Notes: generated by a model not told the origin, from the sequence alone. A stretch of DNA of 64,000 nt from an uncultured Gammaproteobacteria bacterium (GCA_964485575.1 CAZAJO010000010.1:450-64449); one strand, 5' to 3'; counted from the first letter of the stretch, positions 30,509-40,353 are shown. Numbers and translations are program-made.

Positions 30509-30725
30509 TATTATGGGAGCTATAATAATATCATTCAAAATAATTCTCTTACTCGCAGGATGCATGGTTGCCCTCGTTAACTATTTTCAGATTAAAGAAG
30601 CCAATAAAATGGAAGACAAGATGAGTATTGCGCTTCCCTCAGCTGTTCATTTTGGAATGACAGCCCAGTTTCTATTATCAGTTGCTTTTGTTTTCGCCTC
30701 AACAATCTATCTATTTATTTTCTAG
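30489..30725 (+). CDS. small two-TM membrane protein
   Basis: Hydrophobic 78-aa ORF overlapping the upstream gene. Confidence 0.6.
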   Translation: MDIQVTNIMGAIIISFKIILLLAGCMVALVNYFQIKEANKMEDKMSIALPSAVHFGMTAQFLLSVAFVFASTIYLFIF

Positions 30726-30767
30726 AATTAGCTTGAAGTTTACTTTAAATCCCACTAAAATAAGTGA

Positions 30768-31139
30768 ATGAAAGATTATCTCCGCAAAATTACCGATTTA
30801 TTACCGAATAAAGGTCAAATAGCATACAGATTATCAAGCTTTTTCTTTTTGCTTTTTCTTATTTTGGCAGGTATTCTGCTTCAGACATTGGTTTTTTTAA
30901 GTGGAAAAACACTCGTTGCTCGCGAGCAGTATGAGAATCACGCGAAAGACTTTCAATACTGGAGTAGTGTGGCCGCCCAATATCCCACAATCCCAGACAT
31001 ACTATATAATGCTTCGCTTAGTGCGTTGAATGATAATAAGAAAAAAGAAGCAATCGAATACATCGATAGAGCTTTACAGCTGGATCCTTTGTTCAAAAAA
31101 GCCACGGAATTGAAAAATGAGATCAGTAGTAGGGGTTAA
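30768..31139 (+). CDS. membrane-anchored TPR-like protein
   Basis: TM helix, then A..YI.RALQLDP. Confidence 0.65.
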   Translation: MKDYLRKITDLLPNKGQIAYRLSSFFFLLFLILAGILLQTLVFLSGKTLVAREQYENHAKDFQYWSSVAAQYPTIPDILYNASLSALNDNKKKEAIEYIDRALQLDPLFKKATELKNEISSRG

Positions 31140-31853
31140 TTATTCTGAAGCTTTATCTTCAGTAGCTTCTCCTTTTGATTCACTTTCGGAAGATTCGGGT
31201 GCTCCTTCTTTAGTTGACTTTTCGCCTTCTGTTGCACCTTCCTCAGATGCAGCTTCGGAAGCGGCTTCTTCTTCCGCCGCTAATTCTTCAGCCTCTTCGC
31301 TTACAAGTTCGGCAATTCTAAATACCATTTCAGCCGGTTCTGCAAGTATTTCAACTCCTGCTGGAACCTTTAGGTCTCCTACGGTCAAGCTTTCATCAAT
31401 TTGAGCTAGTCCTTCAACGCTAATTTCTATATGCTCTGGAAGATCTGCCGGAAGAGCTTCTACTTCGACTTCTGAAAGGGACTGAAGTAAAACTCCAATT
31501 TTGTCAGTTACAGCCTTTGGTTCACCAATTCCAATAACAGGAATTGTAGCTTTAACTTTTTCTTTAAGGTTTACTTTGAAAAAATCAGCATGAAGCGGAG
31601 TATGGGTAATTGGTTGGGTGTGGATGTTCTGAATAAGTACAGGGTGGGTCTCTTTATCAACAGTCAGGTCAACAAGTCCGGTTTCATGAACCTCATCATA
31701 TACTTTCTGGAATTCTTTTAGAGGAAGCTGAAGTGACGTAGATTTCATTCCCTTTCCAAACATATTTGCTGGAAGAATCCCTTCTCTCCTCAAATGTTTT
31801 ACCTTTTTACCGGTGATTGTCCTTTTTTCTGCTGTTAATGCTGCTCTTTTCAT
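31140..31853 (-). CDS. rplY: 50S ribosomal protein L25/Ctc
   Basis: LRREG.LPA..FG, H.DF, LP..LPE.I; acidic tail. Confidence 0.93.
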   Translation of the reverse strand: MKRAALTAEKRTITGKKVKHLRREGILPANMFGKGMKSTSLQLPLKEFQKVYDEVHETGLVDLTVDKETHPVLIQNIHTQPITHTPLHADFFKVNLKEKVKATIPVIGIGEPKAVTDKIGVLLQSLSEVEVEALPADLPEHIEISVEGLAQIDESLTVGDLKVPAGVEILAEPAEMVFRIAELVSEEAEELAAEEEAASEAASEEGATEGEKSTKEGAPESSESESKGEATEDKASE

Positions 31854-31961
31854 ATTTGACTATTCTACTAAAGGATGCTTGAAAACACAAGGAGGGGAGG
31901 AAAATAAGAATGTGTTGCGGAGTAAATAAATTTGCTCCTGACACTGAGTTTTTCGAATGTG

Positions 31962-32031
31962 TTGCGGAGTAAGGAGTTGAACCTTATCTAGGAGATTATG
32001 AGCCTCCTGTGCAGCCGTACACTACCCCGCG
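31962..32031 (-). tRNA. initiator tRNA-Met (CAT)
   Basis: CGCGGGG/CTCCGCA acceptor with C1:A72 mismatch, CTCATAA loop, GTTCAA T-loop. Confidence 0.88.
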
Positions 32032-32080
32032 TAGTCTTCGTATTATACAGTCTGCTAGGTTCAAGCGCAAGCAAAGTTAC

Positions 32081-32431
32081 CTAGAAAAATAGTTTCCACC
32101 ATCTTTCCCAATTCGGTGAGTTGTCCTCAATAGGTTTTGTGATCTGCTTATCTATAGGGGGTGGAGCAAGGACAATGTGCTCTCCAGGTTTTACCATTCC
32201 AAGTTTTTCTCTTGCTTCATTTTCAACAAATTGAGGAGTATTTACGAAATATAATTGTTGCTTCAGAAATTGCTTTTTTTGCTGCTCATCGCGTTCTTTT
32301 CCTTTAAGAGTCGTTACTATACGACTATTTTGCCTCAAAGTAAGGATTGAGCCGACAATATTCTTGATGATGAAAAGAAGAGCGATTGCGGCAATAACTA
32401 AAATTACTGTTTTTGTGTTGACAAAGCGCAT
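32081..32431 (-). CDS. septum formation initiator (FtsB/DivIC)
   Basis: TM helix, coiled coil, E..AREKLGMVKPGE. Confidence 0.85.
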   Translation of the reverse strand: MRFVNTKTVILVIAAIALLFIIKNIVGSILTLRQNSRIVTTLKGKERDEQQKKQFLKQQLYFVNTPQFVENEAREKLGMVKPGEHIVLAPPPIDKQITKPIEDNSPNWERWWKLFF

Positions 32432-32494
32432 GTTTACTGATATTATAGGCTCAAATTAAATTTAGGGACCAAGCTTTCGTGTTCAAAATTTATT

Positions 32495-33361
32495 ATGACC
32501 AACGTTTTACGTCTCAGGGACGCTCATGGAAAATTCCAAGACTTCCTCAAAACAAAAAATCGGGCGTCCGCAACCATATTAGCATATGGTAAAGACATCG
32601 AGCAATTGATTGAGTTTCTTGAGGCATTGGAAAAAAACAATATCCATGAGATCAACGGAACCGACATCCAAGCATTCTTAACCAAGCTCAAAGACGAAGG
32701 ATATACTCCAAAATCATTGTCAAGAAAACTAAATTCTACAAGAACATTTTATCGATATCTTAAGGTTAACGAGTTTGTTACTGATGACCCATCACTGCTT
32801 GTTGAACACCCTAAATATGAGCTCAATCCGCCAAGAATGTTGTCTCCATTGGAATATAGAGCTTTGAGAGATGCAGCGTCGGTTGATTCAAGGATATATG
32901 CGATAATAGAGGTTTTACTGCAAACCGGTATCAGAATAGGAGAGCTTGCAAATCTGCGGGTTGAGGATATCAATGATAATGCATTACACATTAGAACATA
33001 TGAAGGTCATGAAGCACGTGAAGTGCCACTTAATAGACGCGCAAAAGAAGCATTAAAGCGCTACATGGAAACGCGTGCAAAAACCGAAGATACCCATGTG
33101 TTTGTGACAAAAACCGGCAGGCCATTTTTAGTGAGAAATATTCGTGATGCAGTAGAGAGATATTTCAAAAAAGCAGGAATTGAGAATGTGAAGATCAATG
33201 ATCTTCGTCATACTTTTGTCGCACATCATCTCAAAAATGGTGTTTCTTTAGTATTTTTGTCCCGAGTTTTGGGGCACAAAAGACTCTCTTCAACAGAGCG
33301 ATATTTACAATATATGAAAGACTTCAAACCGGGTGAGGCTACATCTCTTCAAGAACTTTAA
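32495..33361 (+). CDS. tyrosine recombinase, XerC/D-like
   Basis: N-terminal SAM-like domain, TGIR.GEL, DLRHTF, LGH, T.RY. Confidence 0.88.
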   Translation: MTNVLRLRDAHGKFQDFLKTKNRASATILAYGKDIEQLIEFLEALEKNNIHEINGTDIQAFLTKLKDEGYTPKSLSRKLNSTRTFYRYLKVNEFVTDDPSLLVEHPKYELNPPRMLSPLEYRALRDAASVDSRIYAIIEVLLQTGIRIGELANLRVEDINDNALHIRTYEGHEAREVPLNRRAKEALKRYMETRAKTEDTHVFVTKTGRPFLVRNIRDAVERYFKKAGIENVKINDLRHTFVAHHLKNGVSLVFLSRVLGHKRLSSTERYLQYMKDFKPGEATSLQEL

Positions 33362-33391
33362 ATTTTTCCGTATTTGTGACATAGTAGAATT

Positions 33392-33895
33392 ATGGACCAC
33401 CATTCATATTCTGATGTCAAAACACTAATTTCTTGGTCTGCTCCGGGGCGGCCATTCAGAAAAAAGGGGAAAGAATTTTTTTATACTGGACTGCTTATCG
33501 TATTTTTGATTGAGGTGATATTATTCATTTTTTCTGAATATTTATTGATGTTTGTTGTGGGTACACTGTACTTTTTTTCAGTGGCACTTGCGACTATCCC
33601 ACCTCAAAATTTTCACTATCGTATCAGTACTCAAGGAATTAAAGTTGAAGACCATTTTTTTATCTGGGAGGAACTATACGATTTTTATTTTAAAAAATTT
33701 GAAGGTATGGAGGTACTTATTGTCCGTACAAAAAGCATGTTGCCTGGAGAATTGAAGATTTCGTTGGGGGAAGTGCCGATGGATCACATACGACGTGTCC
33801 TGATAGGGTATCTCCCGTATAGAGAAGTAGTAAAACCGTCATTCATGGATAAAAGCGGTGATTGGCTTGCCCATAATTTTCCACTTGAACGTTAG
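33392..33895 (+). CDS. two-TM hypothetical membrane protein
   Basis: W.AP.RPF, two TM helices, PH-like C-terminus. Confidence 0.65.
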   Translation: MDHHSYSDVKTLISWSAPGRPFRKKGKEFFYTGLLIVFLIEVILFIFSEYLLMFVVGTLYFFSVALATIPPQNFHYRISTQGIKVEDHFFIWEELYDFYFKKFEGMEVLIVRTKSMLPGELKISLGEVPMDHIRRVLIGYLPYREVVKPSFMDKSGDWLAHNFPLER

Positions 33896-34059
33896 CGGAG
33901 CTTGCTTTTGCAAAAAGTAGGTTTTTTGCCTCAAAATTGTTATAATCGAGTTTGTATTTATTTCAATTGAAACTCTCATATAGCTCATTTCGTATAAAAA
34001 TTCGCTATAATACACCATACATGCGCTCGTAAGCAAAGCTTGCAAGCTCATGATTACAT

Positions 34060-34132
34060 GCGCTCGTAGCTCAATGGATAGAGCATCAGATTGCGGATCT
34101 GAAGGTTGTGAGTTCGACCCTCACCGAGCGCG
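34060..34132 (+). tRNA. tRNA-Arg (GCG)
   Basis: Cloverleaf; anticodon arm TCAGA-TTGCGGA-TCTGA. Confidence 0.92.
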
Positions 34133-34138
34133 CAGAGA

Positions 34139-34224
34139 GGAGGGTTGGCCGAGTGGTCCATGGCGACGGTTTCGAAAACCGTTCTCCCTCACGGGAGGCG
34201 CAGGTTCGACTCCTGTACCCTCCG
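34139..34224 (+). tRNA. tRNA-Ser (CGA)
   Basis: ACGGT-TTCGAAA-ACCGT; long variable arm; G73. Confidence 0.92.
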
Positions 34225-34239
34225 CATGAGTTATAAAGA

Positions 34240-34311
34240 GCTCTCGTAGTTAAACGGATATAATAGAGGGTTCCGAACCCTCCGATGCGGGTTCGATTCC
34301 CGCCGAGGGCG
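34240..34311 (+). tRNA. tRNA-Arg (CCG)
   Basis: GAGGG-TTCCGAA-CCCTC; GTTCGATTC. Confidence 0.92.
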
Positions 34312-34389
34312 CACATTTTAAATTAGTAAGGAGGAGTCGGATGAAATCTTTTACAAAAGATATTCTCCAACTCTTGAAAACAATAATAC

Positions 34390-34473
34390 GGAGGAGTCGG
34401 ATAGCGGTCCATTCCACATGCTTGGAAAGTATGCGTGCGTAAGCACTCGCGAGTTCGAATCTCGCCTCCTCCG
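34390..34473 (+). tRNA. tRNA-Ser (GGA)
   Basis: CATGC-TTGGAAA-GTATG; long variable arm. Confidence 0.92.
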
Positions 34474-34616
34474 CAAGTAAATCTTTGTTTTTTTACCTCA
34501 AAATGGTACAATAACAAGCTAGTAATTTTGGCTGGAGAGCGATCCCACTGAGCAGTGCTCAGTGTCGACTGTTTGCATCACCGCATTCAGGAGCTCTTTT
34601 TAGACTTGCACATTTT

Positions 34617-34691
34617 GGCTGGAGAGCTCGGCTGGTTCGTAGCACCGCATTCATAACGCGGCGGTCGTGGGTTCAAACCCCACTCCAGCTA
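34617..34691 (+). tRNA. tRNA with CAT anticodon (elongator Met, or Ile2)
   Basis: GGCTGGA/TCCAGCT acceptor, TTCATAA loop, GTTCAAA. Confidence 0.85.
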
Positions 34692-34724
34692 CTATTTTTT
34701 AGTAGCGATTTTCCTCAAGGTTTT

Positions 34725-35510
34725 ATGAATAACCAATCTATCGGTGTATTTGATTCGGGAGTTGGAGGCTTATCAGTCCTTTTAGAAATCCAAAAAGAGT
34801 TACCTTTCGAAAATTCAATTTTTGTTGCTGACCAAGCATACGTTCCGTATGGGCGAAAGTCAAAAGATGAACTTATTGAGAGGGTAGGTAAAATAATGGA
34901 TTTTTTTGTTGAAAAGGAGGTAAAAGCAGTTGTTGTTGCATGTAATACTGCAACCGTTTACACGATTGATGAAATGAGAAAAAGATATAAGATGCCAATA
35001 ATTGGTACGGTTCCTGTCATTAAAGTTATCGCCAGAATGACAAGAACTGGTAAAACCGCAGTTTTTTCAACCCCAGCAACCGCAAAAAGTCCATATCTAG
35101 CAAAACTGATTGAAGAATTTGCGCCTAATATAATTGTTGAAAAAGTAGGTGGGTCAAATCTGGAAGAATTGATTGAAAATGGGAGTATCAACGACCCAGC
35201 AATAGTAGAGAGATTAAAATTCCATTTATTGCCGCTTGTAAAAGAGGGAGTAGATACAATTGCTCTGGGATGCACTCATTACCCTTTTTTGAAGGAAAAA
35301 ATTAAAAGGATTGTGGGTTCAAAGGTAAAAATTGTTGATTCAGGAGGAGCAGTTGCACGAAGACTTGAGTTTGTTTTAGAGCAAGAAAAGTTACTTTCTG
35401 TGAAAAAAGGACTGGATTTATATTACACTACAGGTGATGAAAAGAAATTTGAAAGGGTTGCAAACGAACTGACAAAAAGGGAAATTAAGGCAACGCATGT
35501 TAATTTATAA
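34725..35510 (+). CDS. murI: glutamate racemase
   Basis: FDSGVGGLSV, ACNTA, LGCTHYP. Confidence 0.96.
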   Translation: MNNQSIGVFDSGVGGLSVLLEIQKELPFENSIFVADQAYVPYGRKSKDELIERVGKIMDFFVEKEVKAVVVACNTATVYTIDEMRKRYKMPIIGTVPVIKVIARMTRTGKTAVFSTPATAKSPYLAKLIEEFAPNIIVEKVGGSNLEELIENGSINDPAIVERLKFHLLPLVKEGVDTIALGCTHYPFLKEKIKRIVGSKVKIVDSGGAVARRLEFVLEQEKLLSVKKGLDLYYTTGDEKKFERVANELTKREIKATHVNL

Positions 35511-35512
35511 CT

Positions 35513-36868
35513 ATGGAGAAATATAGAGGAAAGAAAATAGCGGTTCTAGGGTTTGGAATTGAAGGAATGAGTGTTGTTGATTTCCTATCGAGCTCTGAAA
35601 TTACAGTTTTTGATGAGAAAAAGAGAGATGATTTTGACCCCGGGGTTATGGCACGGTATGAGGCAAATGGTATTAAGTTTGAACTTGGTGGAATTGGTAA
35701 TCTAACTGGTTTTTCTGCTGTATTTAGGTCTCCCGGGTTTCATCCAAAAACACCACAGTTAGTAGAAGCATCAAAAAACGGGGTAGAAATATCTTCAGCA
35801 ACCAAATTATTCTTTGATTTATGTCCATATCCGATAGTTGGCGTGACTGGAACGAAAGGAAAAGGTACTACTTCTACACTTATATACGAAATGCTCAAAA
35901 AAGAGGGCTTTGACGCGTTTCTAGGGGGTAATATAGGCACTCCACCTCTTAGTTTTCTTTCTCGTTTAAACCCTGATTCTAAGGTTGTTCTTGAACTTTC
36001 AAGCTTTCAGCTCATTGACCTTGAAAAAAGCCCTCATGTATCAGTAATGCTTATGACAACTTCAGAGCATTTGGACTATCACGCAGACGTTTATGAGTAT
36101 ATTGAGGCAAAAAGAAACATTTTTAAATATCAGACTGAGAAAGATTTTGCTGTTGTTAACCGCGATTACCCAGCCAGCAACGAATCTGATATCCATACAA
36201 TAGGAAAGGTCTATCAAGTTAGTCGTTTTCAGGAAATAATGCAGGGATGTTTTGTAAAAGATGACGCAATTTACCTCAAGATGGATGGGCATGAAGAGGC
36301 AATCCTACCAGTAAATGAATTAGGACTTTTGGGAAAGCACAATCATGAAAACGTTTGTGCGGCGGTTGTTGCTTCAATTTGTGCTGGGGTTACAATGAAA
36401 TCCATTCTCCCGGTTTTGCGCTCATTTAAGGGGTTAGAGCACAGAATTGAGTTTGTGCGTCTCGTTGGTGGAGTAAAATATTATGATGATTCATTCTCAA
36501 CTACGCCAGAGACCGCAATTGCCGCGATAGAAAGCTTTGAAGAGCCAAAAATACTTATACTTGGCGGATCTTCAAAAAATTCCGACTTTTCAGAGCTTGG
36601 GCAAATTATTTCTGAGTCAGGAACGATAAAGGCAATAATTGGAATTGGTCTTGAATGGCCTCGCATAAAGGCAGGAATTAGGGGTTTACAATCAGGAGTT
36701 AGGGTAATTGAGGAATGTAAGAGCATGGAGGAAGTTGTCAGAAAAGCTTCAGAAATTGGTGAAATAGGGGATGTGGTGCTCCTTTCCCCCGCGTGTGCTT
36801 CATTTGACATGTTCAAGTCATACAAAGACCGCGGAGAACAATTCAAGAGTGAGGTAGGAAAACTTTGA
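35513..36868 (+). CDS. murD: UDP-MurNAc-L-Ala--D-Glu ligase
   Basis: GTKGKGTT, ELSSFQL, HLDYH, LSPACASFD. Confidence 0.96.
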   Translation: MEKYRGKKIAVLGFGIEGMSVVDFLSSSEITVFDEKKRDDFDPGVMARYEANGIKFELGGIGNLTGFSAVFRSPGFHPKTPQLVEASKNGVEISSATKLFFDLCPYPIVGVTGTKGKGTTSTLIYEMLKKEGFDAFLGGNIGTPPLSFLSRLNPDSKVVLELSSFQLIDLEKSPHVSVMLMTTSEHLDYHADVYEYIEAKRNIFKYQTEKDFAVVNRDYPASNESDIHTIGKVYQVSRFQEIMQGCFVKDDAIYLKMDGHEEAILPVNELGLLGKHNHENVCAAVVASICAGVTMKSILPVLRSFKGLEHRIEFVRLVGGVKYYDDSFSTTPETAIAAIESFEEPKILILGGSSKNSDFSELGQIISESGTIKAIIGIGLEWPRIKAGIRGLQSGVRVIEECKSMEEVVRKASEIGEIGDVVLLSPACASFDMFKSYKDRGEQFKSEVGKL

Positions 36869-36880
36869 TACAATACGCAT

Positions 36881-37858
36881 ATGACTAAAAGAGTTTTGTC
36901 AGGAATTAGAGCTACCGGCCGACTTCATCTCGGTAACTATCTTGGTGCCGTAAAGGGCATGTTAGAGCTTCAAGATGACCCAAATTACGAGACATTGTAT
37001 ATGGTTGCGGATGTTCACACGATCACGACCCCATATGACATAGAAGAGCTCAGAAAGAACAGACGAGAAGTAATTCTCGACTACTTAGCAGCAGGACTTG
37101 ACCCCGAGAAGTCAATTATTTTTCAACAATCAGAGGTGCCTGAGCATCTAGAACTTGCCTTTTACTTCTCATCAGTTGTAACAATTGCCAAAATGCAGCA
37201 TTTACCCACATTTAAAGATAAAGTGAAACAATATCCAGATCACGCAACCCTTGCCCTTCTTAACTATCCGGCTCTTATGGCGGCTGATATTTTGATTTAT
37301 AAAGCCAGTCTAGTGCCAGTTGGCATTGACCAGGAACCTCATTTAGAGGTAGCCAGGGAAATTGCAAGACGATTTAATCAGGATTATGGTACAGATTTTC
37401 CAGAACCTGTAAGTTTTCAGACTGAAGGGAAATACGTCCCTTCACTTACTGGAAACGGCAAGATGAGTAAGTCAGTTGAGGGAAGTTACATTAATTTAAC
37501 AGACTCTTTGGATGAGATAAAGGGAAAAATAGCGAAAATCCCAACGGATAGTGGTAAAGGGACAATTATTACTGGTGGGGTCAAGAATTTATTTGAATTT
37601 GTGGAGCTTTTTGAAGGTAAAGAAAAAAGAGAAGAGTATGAAGCTCAATATTTGGGAGAGGGAGTCAGGTATGGGGATATAAAAAGAGAACTAGCAGATG
37701 CAATTTATGAAGAGTTAGCTCCGATACAAGAAAAAAGGGCAAAATTTGAGGCAGATTCCGAATATGTAAACAAGGTAATTGAAGATGGAGCTCAAAAGGC
37801 CAGAGAAATTGCAAGAGAAACAATTGATGACGTTCGCTTCAAAATGGGACTTAAATAA
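36881..37858 (+). CDS. trpS: tryptophan--tRNA ligase
   Basis: HLGNY, YPALMAADIL, VG.DQ, KMSKS. Confidence 0.96.
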   Translation: MTKRVLSGIRATGRLHLGNYLGAVKGMLELQDDPNYETLYMVADVHTITTPYDIEELRKNRREVILDYLAAGLDPEKSIIFQQSEVPEHLELAFYFSSVVTIAKMQHLPTFKDKVKQYPDHATLALLNYPALMAADILIYKASLVPVGIDQEPHLEVAREIARRFNQDYGTDFPEPVSFQTEGKYVPSLTGNGKMSKSVEGSYINLTDSLDEIKGKIAKIPTDSGKGTIITGGVKNLFEFVELFEGKEKREEYEAQYLGEGVRYGDIKRELADAIYEELAPIQEKRAKFEADSEYVNKVIEDGAQKAREIARETIDDVRFKMGLK

Positions 37859-37867
37859 CCTCTTTTT

Positions 37868-38146
37868 ATGAAACAAGCTCACGTGTATGTCTCCGGATTT
37901 GTGCAGGGTGTAGGATTTCGTGCATATGTAAGAGCAAAAGCCCGAAAATTAAGTGTATTTGGATGGGTTAGGAATTTATCTGATGATAGAGTCGAAGGGG
38001 TTTTTCAGGGCGATGAAGAAAAAGTCAAAAAACTGATAGCTTTTTGTAGAAGAGGACCTTTTTTTGCCCAAGTGACCGATGTTGTTGTTGATTGGGAAGA
38101 AGCAGGAGAGTCATTTACAGAATTTAGTAAAAGGGAGACACTATGA
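37868..38146 (+). CDS. acyP: acylphosphatase
   Basis: [14 protein letters not shown]. Confidence 0.93.
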   Translation: MKQAHVYVSGFVQGVGFRAYVRAKARKLSVFGWVRNLSDDRVEGVFQGDEEKVKKLIAFCRRGPFFAQVTDVVVDWEEAGESFTEFSKRETL

Positions 38147-38394
38147 AGAAAATTCTCCTAAAATTTATAAAAGGCTATCAAAAAACGCTTTTTTTTCACA
38201 ACGAAGTCTTTAAAGTCTTTTTTATGTCCGATAGCGTGTGTAGATTTGAGCCTTCTTGCTCCAATTACACTTATCAGGCAGTGGAAAAATATGGAGCAAT
38301 TAGAGGTTTGGGAATAGGATTGAAAAGAATAATTCGCTGTCACCCCTTCTCAAAAGGAGGGTACGATCCCTTAGTTAAGAGTAGTAGCAATTGA
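38143..38394 (+). CDS. yidD: membrane protein insertion efficiency factor
   Basis: CRF.PSCS.Y, RI.RCHPF..GG.DP. Confidence 0.93.
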   Translation: MKKILLKFIKGYQKTLFFHNEVFKVFFMSDSVCRFEPSCSNYTYQAVEKYGAIRGLGIGLKRIIRCHPFSKGGYDPLVKSSSN

Positions 38395-38456
38395 GGCTGA
38401 ACTATGTTACAATTTGGTCGGTTTCAAAGTTGCCCCCCCATTTACGACAGAAAATC

Positions 38457-40316
38457 ATGAAGATTAAAAGGCAAAGTAAAAAAAATGGATTTCGTTTCGG
38501 TTGGAAGGACCTTTTTCTTTATGGTTTTTTAATACTATTCCTCTTATTCTTAACAATTGGTATTGGTGATTTCTCATATAGCGGACAAGAGCAAAATATT
38601 TCACTTTCCCAAACTCTTTCTGAGGTAAAAAGTGGCAAAATAAAGGAAATTGTTGTTTCTGACAATAAAATGGACATCCTTTACAAGGATGGTAAGAAAG
38701 CAATTACAAAAAAAGAACCAGGCACTTCATTGTATGAAGTATTTAAGGATGCAAATGTTGATGCAAGTAAGGTAAAAATCAGTATCAAGGATTCATCAAC
38801 TCTCAATACGTGGATTGGAATTCTGGCTAATTTCTTACCAGTTCTGCTTATAATTGGATTTTTCTATTTTGTATTTCGTCAGGCAAGAGGAGCACAGGAA
38901 AACATATTTTCTTTTGGTAATAACAAAGCAAAGGCATTCAATAAAGTTTTTCCAAAAGTTACTTTTAATGATGTCGCTGGTGTTGATGAAGCAAAGCAAG
39001 AGCTTTCTGAAGTCGTAGACTTCTTAAAAAACCCTCAAAAATATACAGAGATGGGAGCACGCACTCCAAAAGGTGTACTTTTGGTAGGTCCTGCTGGTAC
39101 CGGAAAGACTCTTATGGCACGTGCTGTTGCAGGAGAGGCAAAAGTAGCGTTCTATTCTATAGCAGGATCAGAATTTATGGAGATGTTGGTAGGGGTTGGA
39201 GCCGCACGGGTCAGAGACCTCTTTTTGAATGCAAAAAAAGCACAGCCTGCAATCATCTTTATCGATGAAATTGATGCAATTGGACGTCAAAGAGGAGGAA
39301 ATATGATGGGAGGGCATGATGAACGTGAACAGACTTTGAACCAAATTCTTGTTGAGATGGATGGATTTACACCGACAGAGCAACTAGTAGTAATTGCCGC
39401 TACAAATAGACCGGATATTTTGGATTCTGCATTAGTTAGGCCAGGAAGATTTGACCGTAGAATTATGATCTCCTATCCTGACATTGAGGGTAGAAAAGCA
39501 ATTTTGGCGATTCATGCAAAAGGTAAGCCATTTATCGCAAGTGTAAATTGGGAGAGTGTTGCTAAAAGAACAGTTGGATATTCAGGTGCGGATCTTGAGA
39601 ATATGCTTAATGAAGCCGCGATTTTGGCTGCACGGTCAAACAGAAAGACTATTAATATGGATGACCTTGAGGAGGCAGCCACGAAAGTGAAGATGGGACC
39701 TGAAAAAAAGAGAATGCAAACCGACGAAGACAAAAAGATTACTGCCTATCACGAGTCAGGCCATGCAATAGTGAGTTACGCTATGCCAAAAGCTGACCCA
39801 GTACACAGAATTTCGATAGTAGGACGTGGAATGTCTTTGGGACACACTCTTATTCCACCTCAATTTGACAGGGTGCATGAGACTAAAACAAGACTTTTGG
39901 AGCAGATTGCGACCATGCTTGGAGGACGAGTTGCGGAAGACCTCATATTTGCTGAGGTGACAACCGGTGCCTCAAACGACATCGAAAAGGCTACTGAGGT
40001 AGCCCGTACAATGGTTGTTGAATATGGAATGAGTAGGCTTGGGCCAGTTAATATGGAGGCAAATGAACCGACGATGTTTGGAGAAGGTCAAAATATTTCA
40101 GAGTCTATGAAGACAGCAATTGACCGTGAGGTTTCATTTATCATAGACGAGGCTTACAAGAGAGCAGTTCTTGCTCTTAAGCAGAACAGGAAAAAGCTTG
40201 ATGAAGTGGCTGAAATTTTACTTCAGAAAGAAACATTAGAAGGTGAACAATTTGAGAAGATAATGAAAGGAACGAAAACGATTGGAAAAAAATCCCCCTT
40301 GAAAAGTAAGGCTTAG
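38457..40316 (+). CDS. ftsH: ATP-dependent zinc metalloprotease FtsH
   Basis: Two TM helices, [26 protein letters not shown]. Confidence 0.97.
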   Translation: MKIKRQSKKNGFRFGWKDLFLYGFLILFLLFLTIGIGDFSYSGQEQNISLSQTLSEVKSGKIKEIVVSDNKMDILYKDGKKAITKKEPGTSLYEVFKDANVDASKVKISIKDSSTLNTWIGILANFLPVLLIIGFFYFVFRQARGAQENIFSFGNNKAKAFNKVFPKVTFNDVAGVDEAKQELSEVVDFLKNPQKYTEMGARTPKGVLLVGPAGTGKTLMARAVAGEAKVAFYSIAGSEFMEMLVGVGAARVRDLFLNAKKAQPAIIFIDEIDAIGRQRGGNMMGGHDEREQTLNQILVEMDGFTPTEQLVVIAATNRPDILDSALVRPGRFDRRIMISYPDIEGRKAILAIHAKGKPFIASVNWESVAKRTVGYSGADLENMLNEAAILAARSNRKTINMDDLEEAATKVKMGPEKKRMQTDEDKKITAYHESGHAIVSYAMPKADPVHRISIVGRGMSLGHTLIPPQFDRVHETKTRLLEQIATMLGGRVAEDLIFAEVTTGASNDIEKATEVARTMVVEYGMSRLGPVNMEANEPTMFGEGQNISESMKTAIDREVSFIIDEAYKRAVLALKQNRKKLDEVAEILLQKETLEGEQFEKIMKGTKTIGKKSPLKSKA

Positions 40317-40353
40317 TATCCGAATTGCCTTTGAAACTGATATACTTATTTTT

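Noticed and set aside
31908-33895. Integrated prophage or island (tRNA 3' repeat plus integrase)
   Set aside because: The repeat is only 47 bp from the tRNA and on the opposite side from the recombinase; there are no cargo or phage genes.
34086-34517. Short ORFs across the tRNA cluster
   Set aside because: They are antisense to tRNA genes.
34018-34627. CRISPR array or tRNA introns
   Set aside because: The repeats differ from each other and each occurs only twice; there are no cas genes, and each tRNA is complete without splicing.
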